Shown piece by piece: positions 17,865-25,213 of a DNA stretch of 41,547 nt. Origin of the DNA: Verrucomicrobiales bacterium (GTDB lineage Bacteria > Verrucomicrobiota > Verrucomicrobiia > Limisphaerales > JAYPXF01); assembly GCA_002715965.1 (NCBI GenBank), contig PBAL01000059.1, forward strand, positions 1 through 41,547. The letters run 5' to 3'. Made by a program: the position numbers and the translations under genes. Each line of letters starts with the position of its first letter. The stretch's first letter is position 1. Below the pieces are notes generated by a model, which was given only the letters and a program-made list of their open reading frames with translations, did not search any database and was not told the DNA's origin.

Positions 17865-18567
17865 GGGGCAGTTGATGTTCGTTGTCGCGGGTCTGATGAT
17901 TGTGCTGGCGGGCGGTGCGTTGGTTTACATGAAGGATCATCAACGCCTGGGTGAACCGGGTGTTCGCGTCGCGGATGTGTCAATCGAGGATGAGGAGGGT
18001 AATCGCGTTGGTGACACGAGTGTCTATCTGCCTGAGGTGGATGGCTTCAATTCCAAGGCGATGGAGATTCAGTCCGTGGTATACGAGTGGTTGCCGAAGG
18101 ACACGGTCTACGGCCGTCGCGTTTACCAGGCCGGGGATGGATTCTGGCTGGAATGCAATGTGGTGTTGATGGGCGCCGATCGCACGAGCATTCATCAGCC
18201 TCAGTACTGTCTGCCAGGGAGCGGTTGGCAGATTGTGGCGGATGAAGAGAACTCGCTTCGCATTGGGAAGCGGAAGTTGCCGGTCAATCGAATCGTCGCG
18301 CGAAAGGCGCTTGAGGCGAAGCACGGAACCGCCAGCAACGTTTCGGTGGTGATGCTGTATTTCTTCGTCACGAAAGGGGAGTGGACGGCTGATCACAACG
18401 AACGGATGTGGCGTCAGGCGGTGGAACAATTGACAACCGGTGTCCTGCAGCGTTGGGCCTATGTCGCCTGCTTCGCGCTCTGTCACGAGGGCAGGGAGGA
18501 CGCGACGACGGAGCGGCTTTTGCAGTTTCTTTCCCAGGCCGCACCGGAGTTCGTGGAACTCCCGTAA
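17857..18567 (+). CDS. Exosortase-associated EpsI-family protein.
   Basis: There is an N-terminal TM helix (LMFVVAGLMIVLAGGALVYM). The EpsI signature block is present (IHQPQYCLPGSGWQI, matching HxPExCLPGxGW). Size is about 236 aa. The gene overlaps the exosortase stop by 8 nt. Confidence 0.65.
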   Translation: MAKGQLMFVVAGLMIVLAGGALVYMKDHQRLGEPGVRVADVSIEDEEGNRVGDTSVYLPEVDGFNSKAMEIQSVVYEWLPKDTVYGRRVYQAGDGFWLECNVVLMGADRTSIHQPQYCLPGSGWQIVADEENSLRIGKRKLPVNRIVARKALEAKHGTASNVSVVMLYFFVTKGEWTADHNERMWRQAVEQLTTGVLQRWAYVACFALCHEGREDATTERLLQFLSQAAPEFVELP

Positions 18568-18629
18568 ATGTTAATCTTGCGTAAAGTGTCGGTATTCGGG
18601 GGGTAGATTGTATTTACGGTTGGCCCGCA

Positions 18630-20039
18630 TTGTGCGTAGCTAGGCGGTCGATGTTACGTCGCCAACGCCAGATCCAGACATCCCTCTCGCAGTTTGTTGA
18701 TGCGGGGTTGTTTGCCTTGGGATTTTGGCTGGCCCATTGGCTTCGTTCCAACGCGGTTGTTTATTTTCCCAATCTTTCTCCAATTTACGACTTCTCTGGC
18801 TACGTCTGGTTGTGGCTGTTCATTATCCCGGTAGCACCGCTCCTGTTGAAGGCTCAGGGCTTTTACAACCGGCCGATGCTGTTCTCTCGGCGGGAAACGG
18901 CCTGGGTTGCATTGAAGACGGGAACAATGCTGGCAATCGGTGTGATTTCCGTGCTGTTCATCATGCGCGAGGAACTGGCTCGATCGGTGATCATTCTCTT
19001 TGGCGCTATTGGCAGCGTCATGGTGGTGATCAAGGAAGAGCTGTTGCTGCGCTGGCATGGCAGCGAATTTGGTCAGGCACAGATGCGTCGGCGCGTGGTC
19101 CTGATTGGTGATGCGGACGAGACTGAAAAGATGCGGGAGGATTATCGGAAACGCCTGGGTGGTGCGTTGGAAGTGCTGGCTGAACTGCGAATTGATGAGG
19201 CTTCACCACAGAAGCTGAGTGAGTTGCTTCACGAACGTTCGGCGAACGGCGTGATTCTGAGCACGGGCCACGCGTTGTTTGATCAGGTGGAACGTGTGAT
19301 TGAGATCTGCGAGTTGGAAGGTGTTGAGGTTTGGCTGCTGGCGGATTTCTTTCGCACTCAAATCTCTCAAACCACGGTGGATGACATGATGGGGCGGCCG
19401 ATGCTGGTCTTTCGATCTGCTCCGGAAGCTTCGTGGCAGGGCGTTGCCAAGCAGGTGATCGATGTCGTGGGCGCAGCTGTGGCAGTGATTGGATTGTTCC
19501 CGTTTCTCGTGCTGTTTGGCTTGCTGGTGAAACTCACGTCAAAGGGTCCGATCCTCTTCCGGCAGGAACGAAGCGGCCTGAATGGTAAACCATTCACCAT
19601 GTTGAAATTCCGTACGATGGTTACGAATGCCGAGCAACGAAAAGCGGAGCTGGAATCGTTTAATGAGATGGAAGGCCCCGTCTTCAAGGTATCGAACGAT
19701 CCGCGCGTGACGGCCTTGGGAAGGTGGTTGAGGAAATACAGCATCGATGAGCTGCCGCAGTTGTGGAATGTCTTGAGAGGGGAAATGAGCCTGGTTGGTC
19801 CGCGACCGCTTCCGGTGGATGAAATCAAGCGCATCAATGACCCGGGTCATCGTCGACGCTTGAGCGTGAAGCCCGGTCTCACCTGTCTCTGGCAGATCAG
19901 TGGCCGCAACGAGGTGAACAGCTTCAAGGACTGGGTGACCCTGGATCTCGAGTACATCGACAACTGGTCGTTGTGGCTTGACTTAAAGATCCTGCTCAAG
20001 ACGATTCCGGTAGTCGTTCTCGGAACAGGCGCGAAGTAG
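18630..20039 (+). CDS. Exopolysaccharide-priming polyprenyl-phosphate sugar-1-phosphate transferase (WbaP/EpsB 'bacterial sugar transferase' family).
   Basis: Four N-terminal TM helices are followed by a cytoplasmic linker and a fifth TM helix. The C-terminal catalytic domain is KGPILFRQERSGLNGKPFTMLKFRTM ... DELPQLWNVLRGEMSLVGPRP ... PGLTCLWQISGR, which is canonical for the family. Confidence 0.85.
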   Translation: MCVARRSMLRRQRQIQTSLSQFVDAGLFALGFWLAHWLRSNAVVYFPNLSPIYDFSGYVWLWLFIIPVAPLLLKAQGFYNRPMLFSRRETAWVALKTGTMLAIGVISVLFIMREELARSVIILFGAIGSVMVVIKEELLLRWHGSEFGQAQMRRRVVLIGDADETEKMREDYRKRLGGALEVLAELRIDEASPQKLSELLHERSANGVILSTGHALFDQVERVIEICELEGVEVWLLADFFRTQISQTTVDDMMGRPMLVFRSAPEASWQGVAKQVIDVVGAAVAVIGLFPFLVLFGLLVKLTSKGPILFRQERSGLNGKPFTMLKFRTMVTNAEQRKAELESFNEMEGPVFKVSNDPRVTALGRWLRKYSIDELPQLWNVLRGEMSLVGPRPLPVDEIKRINDPGHRRRLSVKPGLTCLWQISGRNEVNSFKDWVTLDLEYIDNWSLWLDLKILLKTIPVVVLGTGAK

Positions 20040-20096
20040 TTCGCCTTTCCGCTCAGGTCTTGAGCATTCCGACTGCAAATCGCGGTCGATCATCCC

Positions 20097-21077
20097 ATGG
20101 CAGCCAAAAAGAAGAAAAAAACCAAAAAAACGTCAAAAAAACCCGTTTCCGTCGTCACTGGCGCAGCGGGCTTTCTTGGGTCTCATTTGGCAGATTTACT
20201 GTTAAAGAAGGGGCATAGAGTAATCGGTATCGATAACTTTGTGACAGGTAGGGTGGAAAACATCGATCATTTGGCTGGCAATGGTGATTTTCGGTTCATT
20301 CAGCAGGATGTGACCGAATTCTTGTTTCTCCAAGGTGATGTGAACCATGTTTGGCACTTCGCGTCGCCGGCCAGCCCGATTGATTATGCGCACTTGCCGA
20401 TTCAGACGTTGAAGGTGGGTTCATTGGGCACCCACAAGGCCTTGGGGCTGGCAAAGGAGAAGGGCGCTCGGTTCTTTCTGGCTTCGACGTCGGAGATCTA
20501 CGGCGACCCGCTGATTCACCCGCAAAACGAGGATTATTGGGGGAATGTGAGCACGATTGGCCCCCGCGGTTGCTACGACGAGTCAAAGCGTTTTGCTGAG
20601 GCGCTGGCGATGGCCTATCACCGGGAACACAAGGTTGAGACGCGGATTGTGCGGATTTTCAACACCTACGGTCCGCGCATGCGGTTGAAGGATGGACGGG
20701 TTGTTCCAGCCTTTGTCAGTCAAGCGTTGGAGGGCAAACCCATCACGGTGTTCGGTGATGGTTCGCAGACGCGAAGTTTCTGCTATTGCTCGGATCTCAT
20801 TGATGGGATCTATCGGTTGATGATGAGTGACTACGATCTGCCGGTGAACATTGGCAATCCGAACGAGATGACGATCCTTGAATTTGCCCAGGAGATCATC
20901 CGCGCGACCAGCTCGAAAAGCCGGATCATTCGCAAGCCATTGCCCACGGATGATCCCAAGCAACGCAAGCCCGACATCACCCGGGCAAAGTCTATTCTCA
21001 AGTGGCGGCCCAAGGTTAAACTGGCGGACGGTTTGGAGCGGACGATCGACTACTTCAAGAGGCGCATTGAGTCTTAG
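20097..21077 (+). CDS. UDP-glucuronate decarboxylase (UDP-xylose synthase; extended SDR) with an unusual Lys-rich N-terminal extension.
   Basis: The Rossmann block is [53 protein letters not shown]. This matches the UXS pattern (TGGAGFxGSHL...DNFFTGRKxNxxHxxxxPxFExIxHDV). The YxxxK catalytic region is [11 protein letters not shown]. The N-terminus reads [16 protein letters not shown]. Confidence 0.8.
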   Translation: MAAKKKKKTKKTSKKPVSVVTGAAGFLGSHLADLLLKKGHRVIGIDNFVTGRVENIDHLAGNGDFRFIQQDVTEFLFLQGDVNHVWHFASPASPIDYAHLPIQTLKVGSLGTHKALGLAKEKGARFFLASTSEIYGDPLIHPQNEDYWGNVSTIGPRGCYDESKRFAEALAMAYHREHKVETRIVRIFNTYGPRMRLKDGRVVPAFVSQALEGKPITVFGDGSQTRSFCYCSDLIDGIYRLMMSDYDLPVNIGNPNEMTILEFAQEIIRATSSKSRIIRKPLPTDDPKQRKPDITRAKSILKWRPKVKLADGLERTIDYFKRRIES

Positions 21078-21089
21078 GGGGATTCCCCC
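21077..21089 (+). terminator. GC hairpin ggggg-att-ccccc overlapping the UXS stop codon. It is a possible operon-end terminator or attenuator.
   Basis: Read directly. A T-rich stretch (gttttatattt) lies about 25 nt downstream. A 165-bp intergenic gap follows before the pil-like cluster. Confidence 0.2.
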
Positions 21090-21241
21090 ATATGACGCGG
21101 GTTTGGGCCTGTTTTATATTTGACCCGTCACCCGATTTAAACTTACCTAGCCCTTTGATCGGCAGCACAGTTGAGGCGGCGTTGGAATGCCCAATGTAGT
21201 TGTGTCTCAAGCAGTTAAACATCATCAGCCCGTAGCGTCAT

Positions 21242-23116
21242 ATGCCCAAATCATTCCTCTGCCTGGACTTCGGTGCGTTCACGATCAAATGCGCCGAATT
21301 TGAACCCAACGAACAGGGTTCCCTCCGCCTCCAACGTTACGCACTCAAGGAGCTTGGTCCGGAAGGTTTCAAGGAAGAAGGCCGGGACGAAATGGTCACC
21401 GGCGCGATCAAGGAGATGATTGAAGACGCGGGGTTTGCCGCGACCGGGATCAACGTTTGTGCGCCCGGGTTTCAGGTCTTTTCAAAGTTCGTCAAACTGC
21501 CGTCGGTCGAAGCATCCAAGGTCAATCAAATCATTCAGTTTGAAGCGCAACAGAATGTGCCCTTTCCACTGGACGAAGTGGTGTGGGATTATCAGATCCT
21601 TGGCACAACTCCGAACGAAGAACTGGAGATCCTTCTCGTCGCCATCAAGAACGAGGTGGTGGAAAGTATTTTCAAGGTCGGTGAAGGTGCCGGTCTGGAT
21701 CTGCAACTGGTTGATGTTTCATCGGCTGCGCTTGCGAATGCCTACCGTTTCAACTACGGCGATAGTGAAGGTTGCGTGATACTTCTCGATATCGGCGCGA
21801 AGTCCAGCACCTTGCTCTTCTTCGAAGGCGGTCGCGTATTCAGTCGAAGTATCAACATTGGTGCCAATGCAATCACGCAGGACTTCGCGGCTGAATCAAA
21901 ACTGGATTGGGACGAAGCCGAGCGGCTCAAGATCGAGGAAGGCTTTGTGAGTCTGGGTGGTGCCTACGAAGAGCCGGACAATCCAAACCAGGCGTTGATT
22001 TCAAAGATCGCGCGTCAGGTCATGACTCGTCTGCACATCCAGATGAATCAGACCATTCAGTTCTATCGTGGTCAGCAAGGCGGTTCACCTCCCGAGAAGC
22101 TTTACCTTGCTGGTGGTGCATCGTTGCTTCCTTACACCGCCCAGTTCTTCGCGGAAAAACTGAACATCCCCGTCGATTACTTCAACCCCTTCCGCAACAT
22201 TCAGATTGATCAGGAAATCAACCTCGAAGAAATCGCCAAAGTCGCGCACTCATTCGGTGAGGTTGTCGGACTCGGCATTCGCAATCTCGCTCAATGTCCG
22301 GTGGACCTGAATCTCATGCCGGTAAGTCACGTTCGCCGGCAGCAGTTCAACGCCAAGCGGATTTACTTCGTGGCTTCGATCATCTGCGTTCTCCTGACCA
22401 TCCTCTCGTTCGGTTGGTATTACGGATGGGTGGCATCCAACAAGGAGAAAAGTCTGGCTGACTTGAAGAGCAAATTCAGCCCCCTCCAAACGGCCTCCAC
22501 CACGCTGAAAGGAAGGCAGAGTGAATTCAATGCAGCCAAGTCCGAGGCGGACCAATATGTCACCCTGATCAACACCAAGACTCGCTGGGCCAAGCTGTTC
22601 CGATCCATCCAGGGCATCCTTCAGCAGTCGCAAACAAATCACGGAGTGAAGAGCTTCGATCCCACCATCGTTACCAATGACATTCTGGCACGGGTCTGGA
22701 TCGAGAAATTCACCGGTGGCAAGGCGCCTGAAGCCAGCTTCGGTTTTGAAATGGAAGGCGAAGGTGACATGGAAGAGGAGATGGACGGAGGCGAAGGCGA
22801 AGGGGGCGGTGAGATGGGCTTTGCCTCCCAAATCGGCATGGCTGCGCCGGTTGGCAAGACCGTGGCTGCGCCACCGCCCGGAACGGAACGGGTGGATTAC
22901 TTGAACCTGAAATGCCGGGCATTGAACCTGTCGAGTCTCTCGCCCTCGGCAAACGCGGAATTCTGCTTTGCGCTCCAGGAAGCATTTCAGACGAACGGCC
23001 TGTTCACGCAGGATGAAACCGGCCTCGTTGGAAACATCCAGCAGGTAGGCATGACCAACGACACCTTTGCTTTCAACATGGTGCTCCGCTTGGTTGAAGG
23101 GCTCGTGGTGAACTGA
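21242..23116 (+). CDS. PilM-PilN fusion protein (type IV pilus / T2SS inner-membrane alignment, actin-like ATPase fold) with an acidic Gly/Glu-rich insert.
   Basis: The N-terminal ~360 aa read FLCLDFGAFTIKCAEFEP ... ILLDIGAKSSTLLFFEGGRVFSRSINIGANAIT ... LYLAGGASLLPY, which are the PilM/FtsA-like phosphate-1, phosphate-2 and adenosine motifs. The PilN-like segment follows: NLMP...RRQQFNAKRIYFVASIICVLLTILSFGWYYG, with a TM helix and a periplasmic coiled coil. The C-terminal insert is EGEGDMEEEMDGGEGEGGGEMG. Confidence 0.75.
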   Translation: MPKSFLCLDFGAFTIKCAEFEPNEQGSLRLQRYALKELGPEGFKEEGRDEMVTGAIKEMIEDAGFAATGINVCAPGFQVFSKFVKLPSVEASKVNQIIQFEAQQNVPFPLDEVVWDYQILGTTPNEELEILLVAIKNEVVESIFKVGEGAGLDLQLVDVSSAALANAYRFNYGDSEGCVILLDIGAKSSTLLFFEGGRVFSRSINIGANAITQDFAAESKLDWDEAERLKIEEGFVSLGGAYEEPDNPNQALISKIARQVMTRLHIQMNQTIQFYRGQQGGSPPEKLYLAGGASLLPYTAQFFAEKLNIPVDYFNPFRNIQIDQEINLEEIAKVAHSFGEVVGLGIRNLAQCPVDLNLMPVSHVRRQQFNAKRIYFVASIICVLLTILSFGWYYGWVASNKEKSLADLKSKFSPLQTASTTLKGRQSEFNAAKSEADQYVTLINTKTRWAKLFRSIQGILQQSQTNHGVKSFDPTIVTNDILARVWIEKFTGGKAPEASFGFEMEGEGDMEEEMDGGEGEGGGEMGFASQIGMAAPVGKTVAAPPPGTERVDYLNLKCRALNLSSLSPSANAEFCFALQEAFQTNGLFTQDETGLVGNIQQVGMTNDTFAFNMVLRLVEGLVVN

Positions 23117-23134
23117 CAATCGAAAGGAAACCCA

Positions 23135-24184
23135 ATGGTCTGGCTCAAACGTAACGTATTTATTGTAATCAGTGGAGTGGTCGCGGTGGCGCTCCTTGCT
23201 GGTGCTGTCATGTTCGCCCAGGGCGCGAAAAAGAAACAGGAAGATGCCGTAGCCAGTCTCTCCACCTACACCAATCAGGTGAAATCCCTCATGAGTGCGC
23301 GTCCGTTTCCAAATTCGGGAACGATTGACAAGGTCAAGAGCGAAACCGAAGTGATTCAAACGTTCGCCAAGAATGCTGAAGCACTGTTCGAATACAAGCC
23401 GCCCGTCCGCATGAACGGTCAGGAATTCAAGATTCATCTCTTGAAATCCTTGTTGGATTTGCAGAAGGAAGCCACCAACAACAACGTTCAGATTCCGAAC
23501 CAGTATCAGTTTACTTTCGGGCATCTGGTGCCAATGCCAAACCTGCCGCCGTATGGCATCGAAGACCTTCAGGAGCGCCTGGATGACGTCCAGCACATCT
23601 GCAAGATCCTCTATGAGTCAAAGGTGCATGCGTTGGAGCGATTGGAGCGCGTTCCCGCCTATGTCAAAGAGCCTGGCCGTGGCACGCTCACATACACCTA
23701 CTGGCCGCGGACGAATCTCACCACCTCCGACGCGGTGTTTCGAAGCATTCCCTACGTGTTTAGCTTCCGTGGATTCACCTCCGAACTCACGCAGGTTTTG
23801 AACCGACTGGCCAGCTCGGATCGGTTCTACGTGGTTCGCAAGGTGGAATTGGCCCAAACATCCGGACGCCGTCGAGCTGTCGCCGGGATGGGTATGATGG
23901 ATGACGGCGAAGGGGAGGACGGTGGGGGCGAAGCACCCGCTCCGGTCGCCGCACCTGGGCAGAACCTCACACTCCAGCAGCGCATGCGTCTCATGCAGCA
24001 GCGCGCTCAACAGCAGGCCGCCATGAAGAATGCCGGTGCTGCGCCCAGCCTCCGCACGGTGGTTGATGAACGGCCGCTACGCGTCACGATCGTCGTCGAT
24101 ATCGTGAAACTGATCCGAAACAAGAAGGAAGATGGTCCCGGAGGTCCCGGCATGCCAGGAGGTCCGGGGATGGCAGGCCCCTGA
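23135..24184 (+). CDS. PilO-like bitopic periplasmic protein. The call rests on position and topology only.
   Basis: There is an N-terminal TM helix (VFIVISGVVAVALLAGAVMFA). A coiled-coil/beta region follows. It lies between the pilMN-like and pilP/Q-like genes. Low-complexity segments are present (DDGEGEDGGGEAPAPVAAPG and C-terminal GPGGPGMPGGPGMAGP). Confidence 0.4.
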   Translation: MVWLKRNVFIVISGVVAVALLAGAVMFAQGAKKKQEDAVASLSTYTNQVKSLMSARPFPNSGTIDKVKSETEVIQTFAKNAEALFEYKPPVRMNGQEFKIHLLKSLLDLQKEATNNNVQIPNQYQFTFGHLVPMPNLPPYGIEDLQERLDDVQHICKILYESKVHALERLERVPAYVKEPGRGTLTYTYWPRTNLTTSDAVFRSIPYVFSFRGFTSELTQVLNRLASSDRFYVVRKVELAQTSGRRRAVAGMGMMDDGEGEDGGGEAPAPVAAPGQNLTLQQRMRLMQQRAQQQAAMKNAGAAPSLRTVVDERPLRVTIVVDIVKLIRNKKEDGPGGPGMPGGPGMAGP

Positions 24185-24193
24185 TTAATTTTC

Positions 24194-25174
24194 ATGGAAT
24201 TCTTAAAGAATCACTACGAGAAGATCATTCTCAGTCTCACGTTGGCTTTGGTTACCGCCGGTGCCGTGTGGTTGGCCTTGCAATCGGTGCAGGTGCGGAC
24301 AGAAATTGAAGGTCTGGGGCAAATGGCTGCCCCGCAAGTGCGGGTCGATACAAACTCCGTCACCAACGTGTTCCTGACTGCATTGACCAACGGCCGAGCT
24401 CCTCAGCAAGTGGATTTCGATGGTGCGGACCATAAGATCTTCAATGCCGAAAAGATTCTCGAACGGACGCTCGACAAAGTGAAATACCCGGCCGATAAGC
24501 TTGGTCCTAAATCCCTTGAAATAAAAGAAATCAGGTCACTTCCCCTTACGATTCGGGTCGAACAGCGGACGGTCCGCAGCCGCACTTCGGTTTATGCCTA
24601 CATGCGGCCCGCCTACGAACAAGGTCGATATGCTGTTGAAAAGAAGACTTCGATTCGTGAAGGAAAGGCTGTTCGTTTCGGGCGCACTTACACCCTGCAG
24701 CGCCAAATCGTGGTGAACGTGGAGAAGATCAATGTAGATCCCGAGAATCCGGACACTCTTTCCGTTGACTTTACGTTCAGTATGCTCGGTGGCGCGCCAG
24801 AGCAGTTCACTGTGAAAGCCAAGGAGACTTGGACCCGCGATTTGGATTTCGAAGCCGACTTATATTACCCGCCGGAGCAGAGAGACTTTCTTAAGACCCG
24901 TGTCGGGCATATTTTCACCTTTGGTGGAGACACCAATCAGGTCATCCAGATCAACGAGGAAGGATTCACTGTTCGGGCGTTCTCCAATCAAAAGCGTGTG
25001 ACGGTTACGATGAAAAACCCCGTTGCAGCCATCGCGCCAGCCGCGGTCCAGCAGAAACCCGCTGCGACCGCACCTTCCGCGATGTCCACGGGAGCGCCTG
25101 GGGCAGGTGTGGTGCCTGCCACGGCAAACCGCCAAACTCCCCCAGTGGCGGCCAATCAGAAACCAACCCCTTGA
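24194..25174 (+). CDS. PilP-like or hypothetical bitopic protein. The call rests on position and topology only.
   Basis: There is an N-terminal TM helix (IILSLTLALVTAGAVWLAL). The middle is beta-rich. The C-terminus is Pro/Ala/Thr-rich. The gene sits immediately upstream of the secretin gene, as in pilMNOPQ operons. Confidence 0.3.
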   Translation: MEFLKNHYEKIILSLTLALVTAGAVWLALQSVQVRTEIEGLGQMAAPQVRVDTNSVTNVFLTALTNGRAPQQVDFDGADHKIFNAEKILERTLDKVKYPADKLGPKSLEIKEIRSLPLTIRVEQRTVRSRTSVYAYMRPAYEQGRYAVEKKTSIREGKAVRFGRTYTLQRQIVVNVEKINVDPENPDTLSVDFTFSMLGGAPEQFTVKAKETWTRDLDFEADLYYPPEQRDFLKTRVGHIFTFGGDTNQVIQINEEGFTVRAFSNQKRVTVTMKNPVAAIAPAAVQQKPAATAPSAMSTGAPGAGVVPATANRQTPPVAANQKPTP

Positions 25175-25213
25175 TTTCTTCGGCGATTTCTGCAAAATCC
25201 GCCAACCGGTTCA

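Noticed and set aside
21100-21241. Candidate -35/-10 pair (TTGACC ... TTAAAC) between UXS and pilMN.
   Set aside because: Spacing is ~11 bp rather than 16-18 bp and the -10 is poor. It is not reportable as a promoter.
22250-23596. 448-aa minus-strand ORF spanning the pilMN-fusion / pilO-like junction.
   Set aside because: It overlaps two well-supported sense genes and has no recognisable domain. It is an artefact of GC-rich antisense.
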